The position numbers and the translations under genes are program-made. 64,000 nucleotides of DNA from Botryllus schlosseri (lineage: Eukaryota), in contig CM119371.1 in the NCBI GenBank assembly GCA_051294905.1, positions 16,246,001 to 16,310,000 of the forward strand, read 5' to 3'. The notes below the pieces were generated by a model. The model saw only the letters and a program-made list of their open reading frames with translations. It was not told the DNA's origin and searched no databases. This document shows positions 1 through 12,872 of this stretch, piece by piece (position 1 is the stretch's first letter; every line of letters starts with the position of its first letter).

Positions 1-688
1 TGTTTCAAAATAAGCTATTCGATTGTGCCCAACGTCAGTTTTCCTCGCTAGCTGAAACGGCTTCGGTTATGGCAACATCATTTGATCGAGGGAGAATCAG
101 CTGATATGAATAAACATATTGCCTTGAAGTGCAATTGCCCAGACACTGCCAATACCGACATGCTTAGAAAACGGCTTCGTGCTTCCCCACAAGATAAAGC
201 TTTAAGGAAGAGACAGTCTTTCAGCTAGTAACGTATCTCGCTAGCCACAATACCGATTCTTTAGTCGCTGATAAGCTTTTGTCAGGTATCGTGCGCAGCT
301 CATACTTTAAAATAAAATGAATTTGCAAACCATGATATTTCTTGTTCCAATTGTACTTCTTCAATAAAATATTACTTCTTTCGCGGTAACGATGCCCGTC
401 ACTCATAGAGAGCACAGCGTTGTACTATTGAATGTAACCTTCGATAGATCTACTTACGTAAAGTTTTTTAAACGTGGTTGCTCAACTGCGTGGCTTATGT
501 TGTCTCAGTATTGCATTCTTGCGGCCCGCGGCCTCTACGAAATGTGAAAGTGGCCCGCGACCCGTTTTGAGTTGGCGACCCCTGACTAAAAATGTTTGCC
601 GAACTCTGATTTACACAACAGTCGTAGCATTGGGAAAGTGTAATTCGGCTGAAGAAATTTCAAGTAGAAGTGGACGAATGGTCTAAAA

Positions 689-1351
689 CAGTGGTTCCCA
701 ACCTTTTTGGATGTCGGAACGGCATTTCAAACACGTCAGTACGTATGGAGCCGCATGGAAACACTCGAGTGAGCCATTTAGAACGGAATTTTAAAGGTAT
801 AGACAGCCTACCCCAGAATCTCATCATTCAGCTAATTCAAAAGCTTGTACAATGTACATAGACTTCTATAGGTTACATATCGGTTATTTTAGCATTGATA
901 GACCCAGATTGGTGGGAGCAATACATTGAAAAAAGCCCAAAATACATATCATTACTACATCATACTACTATGTCGTTCTGTGATAATAGCTCTTCATACA
1001 TTCCAGCACTTAATGCACAAGTTTGCAGGGGGATTATACGCTGAGTAATATTGCACTTATTGCAATATATAATTGACTATGAGATGATATTTTGATGTTA
1101 GTGAAATTGTGTCGAATTTACTCTTAACAGAGACGAGATATAAAAGTATATGGCCAGCAGAACTCACGATATCTGCATGTTTGACGGGTATTCATGCATG
1201 CGTTTGACGATGGTATGCGAGAATTCTCTTTCCCGGTTTTCAGCAGCAGCATTAGACGGCTTTAGACATAACTAATGTAATATCCCTCATTTTAGCTTTC
1301 ATATACAGAAATTGGGCAATAACTATACATAGCCGCGGTTAGGAATCACTG
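689..1351. mobile_element. hAT-type (Buster/Charlie-like) MITE
   Basis: TIR CAGTGGTTCCCAACC / GGTTAGGAATCACTG; TSD GTCTAAAA/GTCAAAAA. Confidence 0.75.
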
Positions 1352-1428
1352 GTCAAAAACATAACCACTTGAAGTTATTGACCACCTCAGCCACTGATGC
1401 AGATTTCTCTAACTACATCCTTTCTTAC

Positions 1429-1625
1429 CTCGTCGTCACATAGGCAAGTCTCGCACTGGCAATTGCCCCTCCCGCTGCATTTCAGCTGGCTACGATCGCC
1501 ATTCTCCCGACAGTGGACTGGGTCGCAAGTGCAAGTACCGCCATCCGAATCGCGGTTAGTGTAGGGTTCGAAGCACTCGCATTTCTTGACGCCGTTGCAG
1601 TTGCTGCACCATCCCTTGTCGGGGC
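1429..1625 (-). CDS. ITGB: Integrin beta exon 13, I-EGF3/4 (GPDKGWCSNCNGVKKCECFEPY...CSGRGNCQCETCLCDDE)
   Basis: accAG and GTAAG sites; CSGRGxCxCxxCxC motif; phase 1/0. Confidence 0.93.
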
Positions 1626-1775
1626 CTGGTAGACGCAGAAGCGGTCAGTGGGCCCAGCACAATGTTTAAAGTGCTTGAATGTGGATCGAGTATTGATTCC
1701 AATGAATCGAGTCGAGTATAGTGAGAGATAATTTTTTCGAGTGCTGAGATATGTGCGTTCTTTGCCACTCAGAGT

Positions 1776-2066
1776 ACCGTGTCGAGATAGTGTAATGGTT
1801 ATGCGTCCGACTTCTCGAGCGGTAGGTCGTGGGTCGATCCCCGGCCGGGTCATACCAAAGACTCGAAGTTTGGTATCCGCAGCTATCCTGCTAGGCGCTC
1901 AGCTATCACGGATAGCATGGAGGGGAAAACAACGGGGGCGCAGACTAGATGACCTCATGGGGCCGTATCGCAACTCCGTCGTCAAAGCATATCGATGGTG
2001 CCGGCGAAAAAGAATAGCATATCTCCTCTCTCTTATGTATGAATACTGTGTTTTGATATTCATTAG
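1776..2066 (+). mobile_element. tRNA-derived SINE (probably resuming at 4546-4614)
   Basis: A box TAGTGTAATGG, B-box-like GGGTCGATCCC, then GTCATACCAAAGACT...CTGCTAGGCGCTCAGC. Confidence 0.7.
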
Positions 2067-4537
2067 TAGGGCAAGTTTTTGCAACTTTTGCAACTTTTTT
2101 TTACAGCTTCCGGCAGCTTGCTGAATACTCGGAAGACATGTAGCATGGTGTTTTAAGCTGTCTGGAGGGTTCTTATATTGCAACCTTTTGCAACTTTTCT
2201 CCATTTTTGTCATGCAACTTTTTGTAACTTTTTCGAATTTTCATGGAACTTTTTGCAAGTTTTTACGATCTTTCATGCAACTAACTTTTTACTGTCAATA
2301 TTTGGCAGTATATGTACGTAGATCGCTTGATTATTTCACTTCCGTTCAAATTTGAGGTCCTTTCTCAATTGACCGCCAAAATTATATTTTCACAGGGTCA
2401 ATTTTTTCAGGCTATTGATTTTGTTGAAGTCGCCAACACCGAGTTCTGCTACAGTGCATTGGATATGGATCGGTTCGAGTATCTCATACCCTAATAATTT
2501 CAAGGAACTTGTCCATAAATGCAACTTTTCAGAGCAACTTTTCTCAAAAATAAATGCAACATTTTACTGCAACTTTTGTGAAAAATAACTGCAACTTTGC
2601 ACGGATTTGACCAGTGGCGGCTCGTGACAATATCGGGTGGTGGGGCAAGGGCTGCAAGCGACTTTTTATCAAGATGACGTCACAATGGCGTTTTCCAACG
2701 TAAACAAGTAACTTAATGATGGTACGGTAACATGAATTTCCCGGCAACAGTGATTTTAACGTATGTGCCACGAGAGGTCTGCCGGTGAGCTGTGACTTGC
2801 AGTGTGGTAACTGCGTAAACGGCGTACGGAATAAAGATTCAACACGGTTCATGTTCGCACTAGACCTGACTAATTATCTGCAGAAATGGAAATTACTATA
2901 ACTCGAGAGATTGCGTAAGCCTAATTGGAAAGGTCAACGAGTTCGGACACATACGCAATTGTTATCTCATAGATTGGGCGTTGGGCCTGTCATATTGAAT
3001 CCAAAACATCATCCTGAAGAACTAAGAATAGCAGCCTCCGAAATTCAGTCTCGGTACAGCATAGGAGATTTTGGCCTTGAAACTGGAAACTGTAACACGA
3101 CACATACGGCTTTATTACTGTCTATAGGTCTGCTGCGAAATCGCCTTTGGATAATATATTACCGAATAAATACGTGGATGAAAGCCGTAAACTTAGTACA
3201 CAGTTACATGACATCATCGAGAAGTGGCCTCATGGCCCTTTTCGGTATGGTACACTGTCAAAATTAATGCGAACAGACCAACACCGAATTTTGCGTAAAA
3301 TTTACTGAGGAATAGGCTGATCAGGGGATCAGCTGCCGTTAGCCGCCATCGAAAACGAAATAGCTATCGCGCTTGACAGGGGGTTGTAAGCAAATGGCTT
3401 GAAGGCCACAATTTCACGGTGAAATTGACATTGGAGAATATAATATCGAAGTAAATATTTAAAGGCAAAAATGATTATATCATATATCATATCGTTGTAG
3501 GCTAAAGTGTCAGATCGGAGCACATCTCTACCATACTCGACCTTGATAACGAAATTACTGCCCTAATCATTGAGTGTCAACCTTGAGACTTGGCACAGCG
3601 TTCGATACTAAAATCAAGACATACCGTGCAAAAGCTTATGACGGTTCTAGGTAAGGAGCATCGTTAAAATCAATAGAGACCAATACCGGCTTTGCGTATA
3701 ATCTGTTAGCGATAAATGACGAGTCAGCTCTCACTCGAATCAGGAAACGAAATTACCACTAACACAGTTCAGTGAAAAACTTAAAACTTGGTACAGCATT
3801 CGGTACTAACATTAAGACTTACCGTGCCAAATGCCATAACCGATCTCAGTATTGAACATCGTCAAAATCAATGGATACCAATACCGGCTTTTGAGTAACA
3901 TCTGTTTGCGATACATGACGGTTCAGCACACACTCAACTTCGGAAACGGAATTACTACCCTAAACTTTAAGTAGAAACCCTGAAACTTGGCGCAGTGTTA
4001 AATACCACCATCACGACATGACATACCAAGTTTCAAGAGTTTTCATGGTGTGAAACACCATCAAAATCAACCTATACCAGCAAAGGTCTACTAAACGCAT
4101 ATGACGGTAACCGAGTTTAGATATAGATACGATTGTTACATCACACCTTAGGGGCACAGAGCTATTGTGCCCCGGTTTCTCGGTAATTTTATGGATAGGA
4201 GAGACTAAATCACCGTTTCTTTATCGTGCGCGGCTTTGAGAGAATAGACAGTGAAAGCTTGTTATGAGCGCTACCGGGGCATGCCCCGGCTAGGCGTTCG
4301 CAAAGCGAAAACACAGAAGAGAATTCGATTTTCGCAGAGACTTCGCTATATATGGGCATTTACAAGCGAAAGGACAAGAAGAATACGATTTTCGCTGTGA
4401 TTTCGGTATATATAGATTGGTGTGCGTCTATAAATGGTAAAGAATTGTTATTGAACAGAATTTTAGGTGGGGCAATGCCCCAGTTGCTCTATAGGACGAG
4501 CCGCCACTGGATTTGACTGCAACAAAAACTTGCCCTA
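2067..4537. mobile_element. hAT-type MITE with GCAACTTTT subrepeats, host of 2612-4509
   Basis: TIR TAGGGCAAGTTTTTG; TSD TTCATTAG on both sides. Confidence 0.88.
2612..4509. mobile_element. Non-autonomous hAT-type element with an internal ~200-bp tandem array
   Basis: TIR CAGTGGCGGCTCGT; perfect TSD GATTTGAC; second copy inverted at 15843. Confidence 0.9.
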
Positions 4538-4614
4538 TTCATTAGTAATTTTGCGTTCGTCGTCAAGATACCTCTCGCGAGTACGAAAGTGGCCATCTTT
4601 GATTAACCCCTAAA

Positions 4615-5182
4615 TAGGCTTACCATATTTTGGAAATCTAAAAAGAGGACACTTTTTCAGAAATTTGCAACTTGCAAAACCGGAGTAGAATTTTCCAAAA
4701 CCGGTGAATTTTTTCCACTTTGTGATCGGTTGACTAAAAAAAAAAGGTCATCTTTCCCGCTCAGAGCTCAAAATACCGTTTTTCTCTCCACATTGCCAGG
4801 TGGATGACTAAAAAAAAAGGTCATCTTTCGCGCTCAGAGCTCAAAATACCGTTTTTCTCTCCTCATTGCCAGGTGGATGACTAAAAAAAAGGTCATCTTT
4901 TCCGCTCAGAGATCAAAATACCGTTTTTCTCTCCACATTGCCAGGTGGATGACTAAAAAAAAGAGGTCATCTTTTCGCTCAGAGCTGAAATCACGGTTTT
5001 TCACTCCGAAATACCCGCCGGAGCTTCACTTCTGTGCTAATTTGCGGCATATCACTCGCAATTTGCTCTAAATCTGACCGAAATTTTCAGAAAAGAGGAC
5101 AAAAGGGTGTCCTCCGAGGACACTTTCAAAAAAGTCAAAAAAGAGGACAAATCCTCTTAAAAGAGGACGTATCGTAAGCCTA
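4615..5182. mobile_element. hAT-type MITE, TAGG(G/C)TTACCATA family, with a ~70-bp internal tandem repeat
   Basis: TSD CCCCTAAA; relatives at 13867, 14638, 34553, 45748. Confidence 0.88.
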
Positions 5183-5197
5183 CCCCTAAATGAGTGT

Positions 5198-5308
5198 GGG
5201 AAGTGAGTGGCGCAGTTGGATAAGCGGTAGCGTCACGTCACCAATGGCAGTGGTTCAAATCCAGGTTCGCACCAACTTCTACGTGTCGGAGGCTTCTCTG
5301 GTATAATC
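5198..5308 (+). mobile_element. tRNA-derived SINE head, interrupted at 5309
   Basis: A box TGGCGCAGTTGG, B box GGTTCAAATCC, CCA at about 5274; stems degenerate. Confidence 0.65.
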
Positions 5309-7477
5309 CAGTGTTGGGATCAAGTCACTACCTTCGAGTCACGAGTCATTTCGAGTCATTGCACATTTTGACTCGAGTCAAGTCAAGTCATTCGATTTTC
5401 GAAGGTGACTCGAGTCAAGTCAAGTCACTCGATGTTTGGAGGTGACTCGAGTCAAGTCGAGTCAAGTCAAGTCACGAGTCAAGTCACAATTCAAGTCAAG
5501 TTGCCTTTTTGAAGCATGAGGCATGATTACGTCATTGCATTTTGCTAGCTGTCTGAATTACAGATTTAGTGGTCATTGAGTCTGAACCAATGAACGAATA
5601 TATAGTTAAATATACACGCAAGAAGGCGCTGTATCGCTCACATATACGTATCACTGCTGAACTACGGAAGTAATTGCACAGCCTCAGTTTATAGTTACCG
5701 GCCAAAATAGAGAATAGAGAAACGAATTGATAAGATGTACTACATGTAACATTACCCATTTACAAATTGATATGATACAATTCGAGGAGGCGCCAATGGT
5801 TGAGGAGAAGCTATATTCGAATTCGATTTCAATGAAACAAGAGGTTTAGTTAAGGTAAGAACAGAGAATAGAAATAGACATTATTTTATTGAATTATTTT
5901 ACTATTCTAGTTTACGATAACGTAAGCTGTAAGTTTGGATCACTTCGTTTGCGGTCAATTTATGTGTGAGAGAACAATGGAGGCTCAGTAAAACGCACGA
6001 TCATTGAATGATTGGTCGCTCTAACACAGAGGTCTCAAACACGCGGCCCGCCAGAGCATTTTGTGCGGCCCGCGACGACATTTTGAAGTTTTATTAACTT
6101 GAAAGAATATAAGGGTCACATATATCTTTTCAGGTTATAAAGTGAAAATTCCCTCTTAAATTGCTCCGAAAGCCTTGAACTATTCATCAAACTTCACCAT
6201 CACATCAATTGCAAACGCTACCATGCAGTGGAACATTCACTATTTCGCTAATTTCCCATTCATGATGACAAAACAGGACCCTTAGACGATTCTAGACTGA
6301 AATTTGTGAGTTGGACCTGGACGCGACCTTTCTTAGAATTACTCAGACTCGGGCTAACTCGATGGCAAAATGAAAATGACTCGAGTGGACTTGAAGTGAC
6401 TCGGAATGCCGTAAATTTGTTACAACCATGGAAGCAACAAACTAATAGCGTATCAGGGGAATAGTAATAGATCAGAAGGTCGAAGCTTGGGATTTCGCTA
6501 ACCAAGTATAGTTATGGCAACCATTGGCAATCTGTTAGTTACATCTTTGGTCGCTAAACCATGTTATTAAGGCCACTTAAAGGTACCGAGTACCGTAGTG
6601 GTACCCTCCAACGATGCAACAGCAATGGGCCGTTCGGCGTTCCGACATTTCAATCACCTGGACACATTCATTAATATATTTATATTATATTTATATTTCT
6701 TTCTGCTCCTATATTGGAAGATATTTGACCATGAGATTAATAGCCTACTTATCAGAAGCATAAACGAATCCTGGATTGGAATTACAATGCTCAACTTAAA
6801 AATGTTTTGGTATCAGATAAGTCTCTATTAGCAGTCTGTTGGATTCAAAATATTCATAGTAGCTTAAAATCATAACCTGATAGCTTTTATGATGGCATCA
6901 TGCATCTGTCCGCCCATATGGTGTCTATATCTTATAGTTAATATATAACAAGTACAACAACAATTCAATTCAAATAGTTATAAATGTGATGATTCTTTTC
7001 GTGCCAGGCCTAAATTTATACAAACGTAGATCACATTTTGACGATGCGTGTTTAATGTCAGTCTGCTGGATCGGCTCAGTTTCAATAGCAAAATTCATTC
7101 TCGCCACATAAGGCCTACTTGGAAAGACATAGAATACCCCTATAAATGCTGCGGCCCGCGTCGTCGTCAAAACTGGAAAAATGGCCCGCGAGCACATTTG
7201 AGTTTGAGACCTCTGCTCTAACAGGTTACACCAGCATTTCGAGAACAATCCGACCATATGCAAGATACACTGAATTTTATGGACACCGATTACTTGATGA
7301 CTTGAAATTGACTCGTGAATTTTGCTTCGAGTCACGAGTCAATCCACATTTCTGATACGCCGAGTCAAGTCAAGTTAAGTCATTTTAGCCAAGTGACTCG
7401 AGTCAAGTCAAGTCATACGAAAAAGGTGACTCGAGTCCGACTCGAGTCAAGTCATGACTCGAGTCATCTCAACACTG
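5309..7477. mobile_element. hAT-type element with GACTCGAGTCAAGTC subterminal repeats
   Basis: TIR CAGTGTTG(G/A)GAT; TSD GTATAATC/GTATAACC; homologue at 54245-55219. Confidence 0.87.
6027..7215. mobile_element. Nested hAT-type element
   Basis: TIR CAGAGGTCTCAAAC; perfect TSD CTCTAACA. Confidence 0.9.
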
Positions 7478-8546
7478 GTATAACCTCGCCGCGATCGCAG
7501 TGTATGAGAAAGCCCAAGTGATGGTGAGCCGAGCCAGCAGTTCGACAGCAAAGGCAGAAAGTTTCGAAGGCATGTAAACGAGAGTTACCGATGATGGGAG
7601 AGCGCGAGAATAGAAGTCGTCGGTAGTATGAAGAAAGAAAGAGAGAAAGAAAGACCGCCAAAATATTGATTATAATGGAATTTCCGTGCCGGGCGCGAAT
7701 GACCGTAGGCAATTGGCGCCAATGTTGTGAATAACTCGAATCATCTCCTAGATGTACGCCACCCATCGAGCAAAGCTACTTTTTGAAACTATTTCACTTA
7801 TGGTACTTCTAGGTCCTTTAGTTCTAGTTCTCTACTTACACATGGAGTAGTCCTGTCATGTCTTTTAAATATCTACTTTTACTTGTAATTAGGCACATTC
7901 CCTATTTCAGGGACGGGTGACATGCGGCCCGCGAAGGGATTTTGAGCGGCCTGCAAACAGTTTTTATCCTGAACGTGAAATTATAATGTGAAAGTAGTGA
8001 CAAATTTTATGCGTCACAGAATTAATCAAGTTTTCCAACCTGTGAAAGACGGTCACGAAACTATACTTGCATTGTTCGGGTCTATATAAACATTTTGGAC
8101 CATGAACATTAACGAGACAAGGTTGCGTTTTATTATAACTGATGTTCACGTGCAGTCTTTACTAAGGGTTTCTACACGCGACATGCAGCCGTAGTTCATA
8201 GAACTCGTTGACAACTTTAATCGACCACAGATGTCTGATTGACTTCAATAGCTATTGTTGATAAATTCATTAAATACTGTTTTTGGTTTCCATGCTTTAA
8301 AATTAAAGTTTACAATGAATACGATTTATTCCTTGCATATGTGGATAAATACGAGATTAATGTATATATCATGTAATTCGGCCCGTCAAGTACTTCATTG
8401 TCACATATCCGTCCCGCCCCTGCCCTATTTCCACCGCGGTAGCCACGATGAGTACTTTCACAACCTCTGTTATCTGGTAACTAGATTTGAATTGAAGGAC
8501 GCCTAACGAAAATAGCCACCATATACAATACATTGCGTGTACTAAC

Positions 8547-8659
8547 CACCACACAACTTGTTTTCTTTAGTTGCGCATCCCGTAGTTTGACATTGGCAAC
8601 GATTGCCGCTGTATCCGTCGGCGCAAACGCATTTTCCGCAATCGCATTGTCCGTGGCCC
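8547..8659 (-). CDS. ITGB: Integrin beta exon 12, I-EGF2/3 (EGHGQCDCGKCVCADGYSGNRCQCQTTGCATKENKLCGG)
   Basis: cccAG and GTTAGT sites; GxGxCxCGxCxC motif; phase 2/1 bridges the neighbouring exons exactly. Confidence 0.94.
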
Positions 8660-9002
8660 CTGGGATATTATTATTGAAATGGCGGGTAAAAAAAATCGTA
8701 GAAGATGCTAAGATAATATGCTAAGATATCTATGCGAACTGCACTGTAAAAGTGTAAATACACGGCTGAAATATAACTGAAATATAAATCAGCAGATTGA
8801 TCCTGCAACACACGGTGCAAATCAGACTATCGGCACTTTCTCGTCCGAACTTCGCTTTGACACCCATTCCATTACGTGAAAACTATCAAACACAGCAATC
8901 CTTATAATGGTATAATCCAGGATTGAGTTGTCGTGCCCCTACAAGGCGACATTTGGTGGCACAAGTAAATATAACCGACTGCATCTCGGGGATAATCATT
9001 AT

Positions 9003-9780
9003 TGGGGTGATTAGTTTGACATAAACAAGGAAAATTGTAACCTAAAAATATTTTTGACATATTTTGACCTTACAAAACTTAATTTTGACCTCGTGTATGT
9101 TAATTACGTGTTTTCGCACATAATCTTGTTAGAATTGTACTTCTTATCTTCATTTCTGGTTGGAACTGCCTTTCCTTACGAAGTAGTTTGGCCTGCGAAA
9201 CTTTTTTGACTTAAAAACTGACAAATATTTACATGAAAAAACTTTATTTTAACGAAATTTGAAACTGATAAGAATTCCAGTAGTTGCATCACGCATTATG
9301 GTACAAACAATTAAAATCTGTTGTAGTATAACGAAAGAACTTTCGACAGCAGCCCTTGTTGGCTGACAACACTGAAATTGTGCGTACATTACTGGTGATG
9401 TAGCATGTTGCTTCCTTCTGACAATGTTGTCTACATCACCATTTTTCATCATGCGCTTCTTGATAGAAGAACCAATGCCCACGCAGTTTTGCTTCACTTA
9501 GGACAGTGCGGTACGCTGAGCATACCACCGTGTCAACCTATTTGTCTCATTTGACCGTTTGTGATTCACGATGAGCAAACAATGGGCCGTTTACGACGGT
9601 AGGCCTTTAAGTAGGCTACAAGATGTAAAATGTAAAATGATAAGTTAAACGACAGTGCAAACATCTACGATACAAACAAATGTAATTTGCAAAAGTAAAC
9701 AATTTGGACAATTTTTTGACCTGACGCTACAATTTTGACAAAATGTTGAATTATTATGACACGTCAAAAAAATCGCCCTA
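9003..9780. mobile_element. Probable old MITE with TTTTGAC subrepeats
   Basis: Ends TGGGGTGATT / AATCGCCCTA; TSD ATCATTAT/ATCATTGT. Confidence 0.5.
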
Positions 9781-10106
9781 ATCATTGTAATACACGACTG
9801 GTGAGGTAGTGGTATGTGAGTCGTGTATAGGAGTGGTTATGTCACCAAAATCTGATGCCAGGACGTGCTAATGGTCTGATTTTGACTTTACGTTCTGGTG
9901 GATATTTGGTAAATACAACCATGTACGATATGTATTACAAAAGCCTAGAACGGAGGTTGGTCGTGCTGCGAATCGGCAAATCAATAATATTTCTAAAGAA
10001 CATGGGTCAGAAGTACAATGGACAATGGGTAGTCGCAACCAGACTTGGACAACTACACAGAATCCTAATTGTCTAACTGAAATAATTATAGCTAAATAGC
10101 TGCAAT

Positions 10107-10971
10107 TAGAGTTGCATTTGAAACAAACGGTGTTTTAAAACACATTGTTTAAAGCATGTTTTAATCAGTGTTTCAAACTAAGGCCTTTTAAAATGATGTG
10201 TTTCTTTCAAGTTGTAAAATTATGCCACAATTGTTTAAATATATTCCAAAAACATGTTGTATGAGTGTAACAGCTGTCCCAGCAGGGTGCCAATAATCTT
10301 CCCACGCACCCCTGCACCCAACTTCGTTTGTCCCGACCTTAATCTTATTGACAAAGTAGTCTGCGAAGCACTTGCTTTGAGAGATCGCCGAGTGTAGCGG
10401 GCGTGCTCGCGCTTCAGTCGCAGTATCGTATATAGACAAAATACAATTAGATTCCATTCACTTTGTTCTTTCTATAGCTCTTAATATATTGCAGTATGAT
10501 TTGATCCTGGTAAATCTACAAGTTTCTGACCACTACTTACTACTATTTGGCTGTTTTGTTGTATTAAGGAAAGCTCCTTGGATCTGCGTGTGTGATCATG
10601 AATGCAGAGAACTAGAGCGGTCATTAGTCAGTCTGCTAGTGCGCACAACAGGAACTGTAACATCGACTCCAATCAAGCACTATACCAGCGTGTCCTGCAA
10701 CAAGTCGTTGCAGCGACCGCTACCATGAGCCGACGGACAATTACCACCCAATTTAGCCGACGTATATCGATATGGGATGGTTGGAACACTCAACATAGTC
10801 GGTTCAACAGTTATAGTACAGATATTTCGTGAAAGGAGCTATATTTACCCCACAATTGAATATTCGTGACGTCACGGCTTGATAAAAAAAAAACAATAAA
10901 AATGTTTTAAATTAGGGCATTGTTTTAAACATGTTTGTTTTTAATTGATTTTTGTTTTCAATGCAACCCTA
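10107..10971. mobile_element. MITE, TAG(G/A)GTTGCATTTAAAAC family
   Basis: TSD GCTGCAAT/GATGCAAT; relatives at 22666, about 29667 and 48092. Confidence 0.82.
10266..10724. mobile_element. Probable solo LTR
   Basis: 459-bp insertion absent from sister MITE copies; 5-bp TSD ATGAG; ends TGTAAC...GCTACC (near TG...CA). Confidence 0.6.
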
Positions 10972-11570
10972 GATGCAATATAATTCTAATTGAAGTTACG
11001 AAATGTTTCTATGCTATAAATTCAATTCTAATCAAATTGTATCATATGCCATGTTGAAGAAACTGCAGAGAACGTTATTACCGAGTGTGCTACGTACGCC
11101 AACGAAAGATGTCGGCTTATGGAGCTGCCGTACTGGACTTGAGAGTATACCCTTTATCATGGAAATATACTAACTACCGATTATATATTACCTTTGCCGT
11201 GGGAATTCATAGCAAAGACAAAGAGACGATAATGAATGGTTTAGTTGACTTTATATAATTATCGCCATATCTATTCGATTAGCAACTTTACAGTAGTGAC
11301 GCAAACGACCATAGTGGTTGTATGCGTCACTCAAATTGTTTTTAAACATAATATAGTGACTCAATATCAATTTTTTTACGAATTCAGTTAATCTGATTTG
11401 GAAAATATTGTTCAGTTATAAATCTAATCGGCAAAGCTGAATATCTTCTCGTTCTCCAAATCTGGTCGCACCACCATGAATTCCCAAACAGCAACATGGG
11501 CATTTGGGCAATTACCATCACTGATGTCGAGGCAGAATCTTCATCATACCAAACATTTACTTTCACTCAC

Positions 11571-11757
11571 TCGCACTGCTGCCCGTTTCCTCCGTCCATG
11601 AAGCAAGCGGTTACGTTCACTGTTGATGAATCGCATTGACAATTCAGGCCTTGCCAGCCTGCCTCGCACTCGCATATACCGCACGTCAGATTGCCTTGGT
11701 TACTGCACAGCGTGCTGTTGGCGGCTTGGCCCGGGCAGTTGCAATCGCATATGTACT
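11571..11757 (-). CDS. ITGB: Integrin beta exon 11, I-EGF1 and start of I-EGF2 (EYICDCNC...CSNQGNLTCGICECEAGWQGLNCQC...QQC)
   Basis: tctcAG and GTGAGT sites; Cys spacing; phase 1/2. Confidence 0.94.
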
Positions 11758-12017
11758 CTGAGATCGTAAAAAAGATAGGCTATTATTCTGATCTTATCAA
11801 AGCAGTCACCGCTGGGAATCAATAGGAAGTAACAGTAACGCTGTAAATGTCTACTCAAGTACAAATAGAGAGAATTACGAAAACCGAGTGGGAATGGAAA
11901 TAGAAATAAAATGAGTCCGTAAAAAATTCTTACAGGTAAAAGTATAAGTGGCGTTTTAAAGTGATTAAAGTGAATATTCGAGGACTAGTTTTGCCCAAAC
12001 AATTTAATGCTGTTAGG

Positions 12018-12591
12018 CAGGGCTGTAATGACTCGAGTCCGACTCGAGTCACGTTTATATTGTGACGCGACTTGACTCGAGTCAATTTTCAGATGCGTAA
12101 AATGACTCGACTCGAGTCAATTTGTGTATTCACTCGAATTGTATTCGAATCACTGCACATAACTCGAACCAAGTCATATGAGTCGAGACTAGGACAGCCA
12201 AGACCGACATTTCATTGTAATTTCGAAGAATAGTGAAGTCACAATTATTGGTTTTTCGTCTATCAGACATGATACTTAACAAATAGAGCCGGAAATTGTT
12301 AGGACTCGGGAAAATTACGATATTATGAACGTGAACCATTCTACATCACTAGAGCAGGGTTGAAAAAAGTTAGTCGAACCAGATTGAATTCAAAATTAAA
12401 CAGTGAACATAATAACTTGCGCTCGGACTCGAGTCACGACACTATTACTCGGAATCGACCCTCTACTTACTGACTTGCACTCGGACGTGACTCGGTGGTG
12501 AATTAAAAAATGACTCGACTTGACTGGAGTCCAAACTATAAAAGTGAGATTGACTTGTGACTCGGAACCTTGTGACTTGGTTACAATTCTC
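12018..12591 (+). mobile_element. GACTCGAGTC-rich hAT-type MITE
   Basis: TSD CTGTTAGG/CTGTTAAG; homologous to 12941-13467 (inverted) and 31170-31765. Confidence 0.82.
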
Positions 12592-12872
12592 CTGTTAAGT
12601 GGGAGTTGAAAGTAGTAAAAAACATAGCCATTGCATCAGTATGGTCCACTGCCGTCGTCTCGCAAAGTAGAAGTGCTTTGTTACTGGCGATTTCCATTTA
12701 GTGCTCAAATACACAGTGGTTGCGATATTCGAAGTTATATAATTTGTTACCGTCATAACGAGCCTACATCGCCCAGTTTTAATGTTAATTTACAAAATAT
12801 CAAGTAGAAAAAATATAACCTGGACATTTAATCTGGGCAAACCATCCTCAATTTTATGTCAAGTTTATAGAC

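Noticed and set aside
1..1428. Further integrin exons (beta-tail, TM, NPxY tail)
   Set aside because: No matching peptide found; largely MITE sequence, so the remaining exons probably lie outside the window
1741..2213. ORFs of 104-127 aa
   Set aside because: They overlie a SINE and a MITE terminus; most other short ORFs in the track likewise fall in non-coding repeats
4733..4990. CRISPR-like array
   Set aside because: Units repeat in full with no unique spacers, lie inside a MITE, and no cas genes are present; eukaryotic context
5198..5274. Functional tRNA gene
   Set aside because: A/B boxes and CCA are present but acceptor and anticodon stems pair poorly and it runs into a SINE-like body; treated as a SINE head
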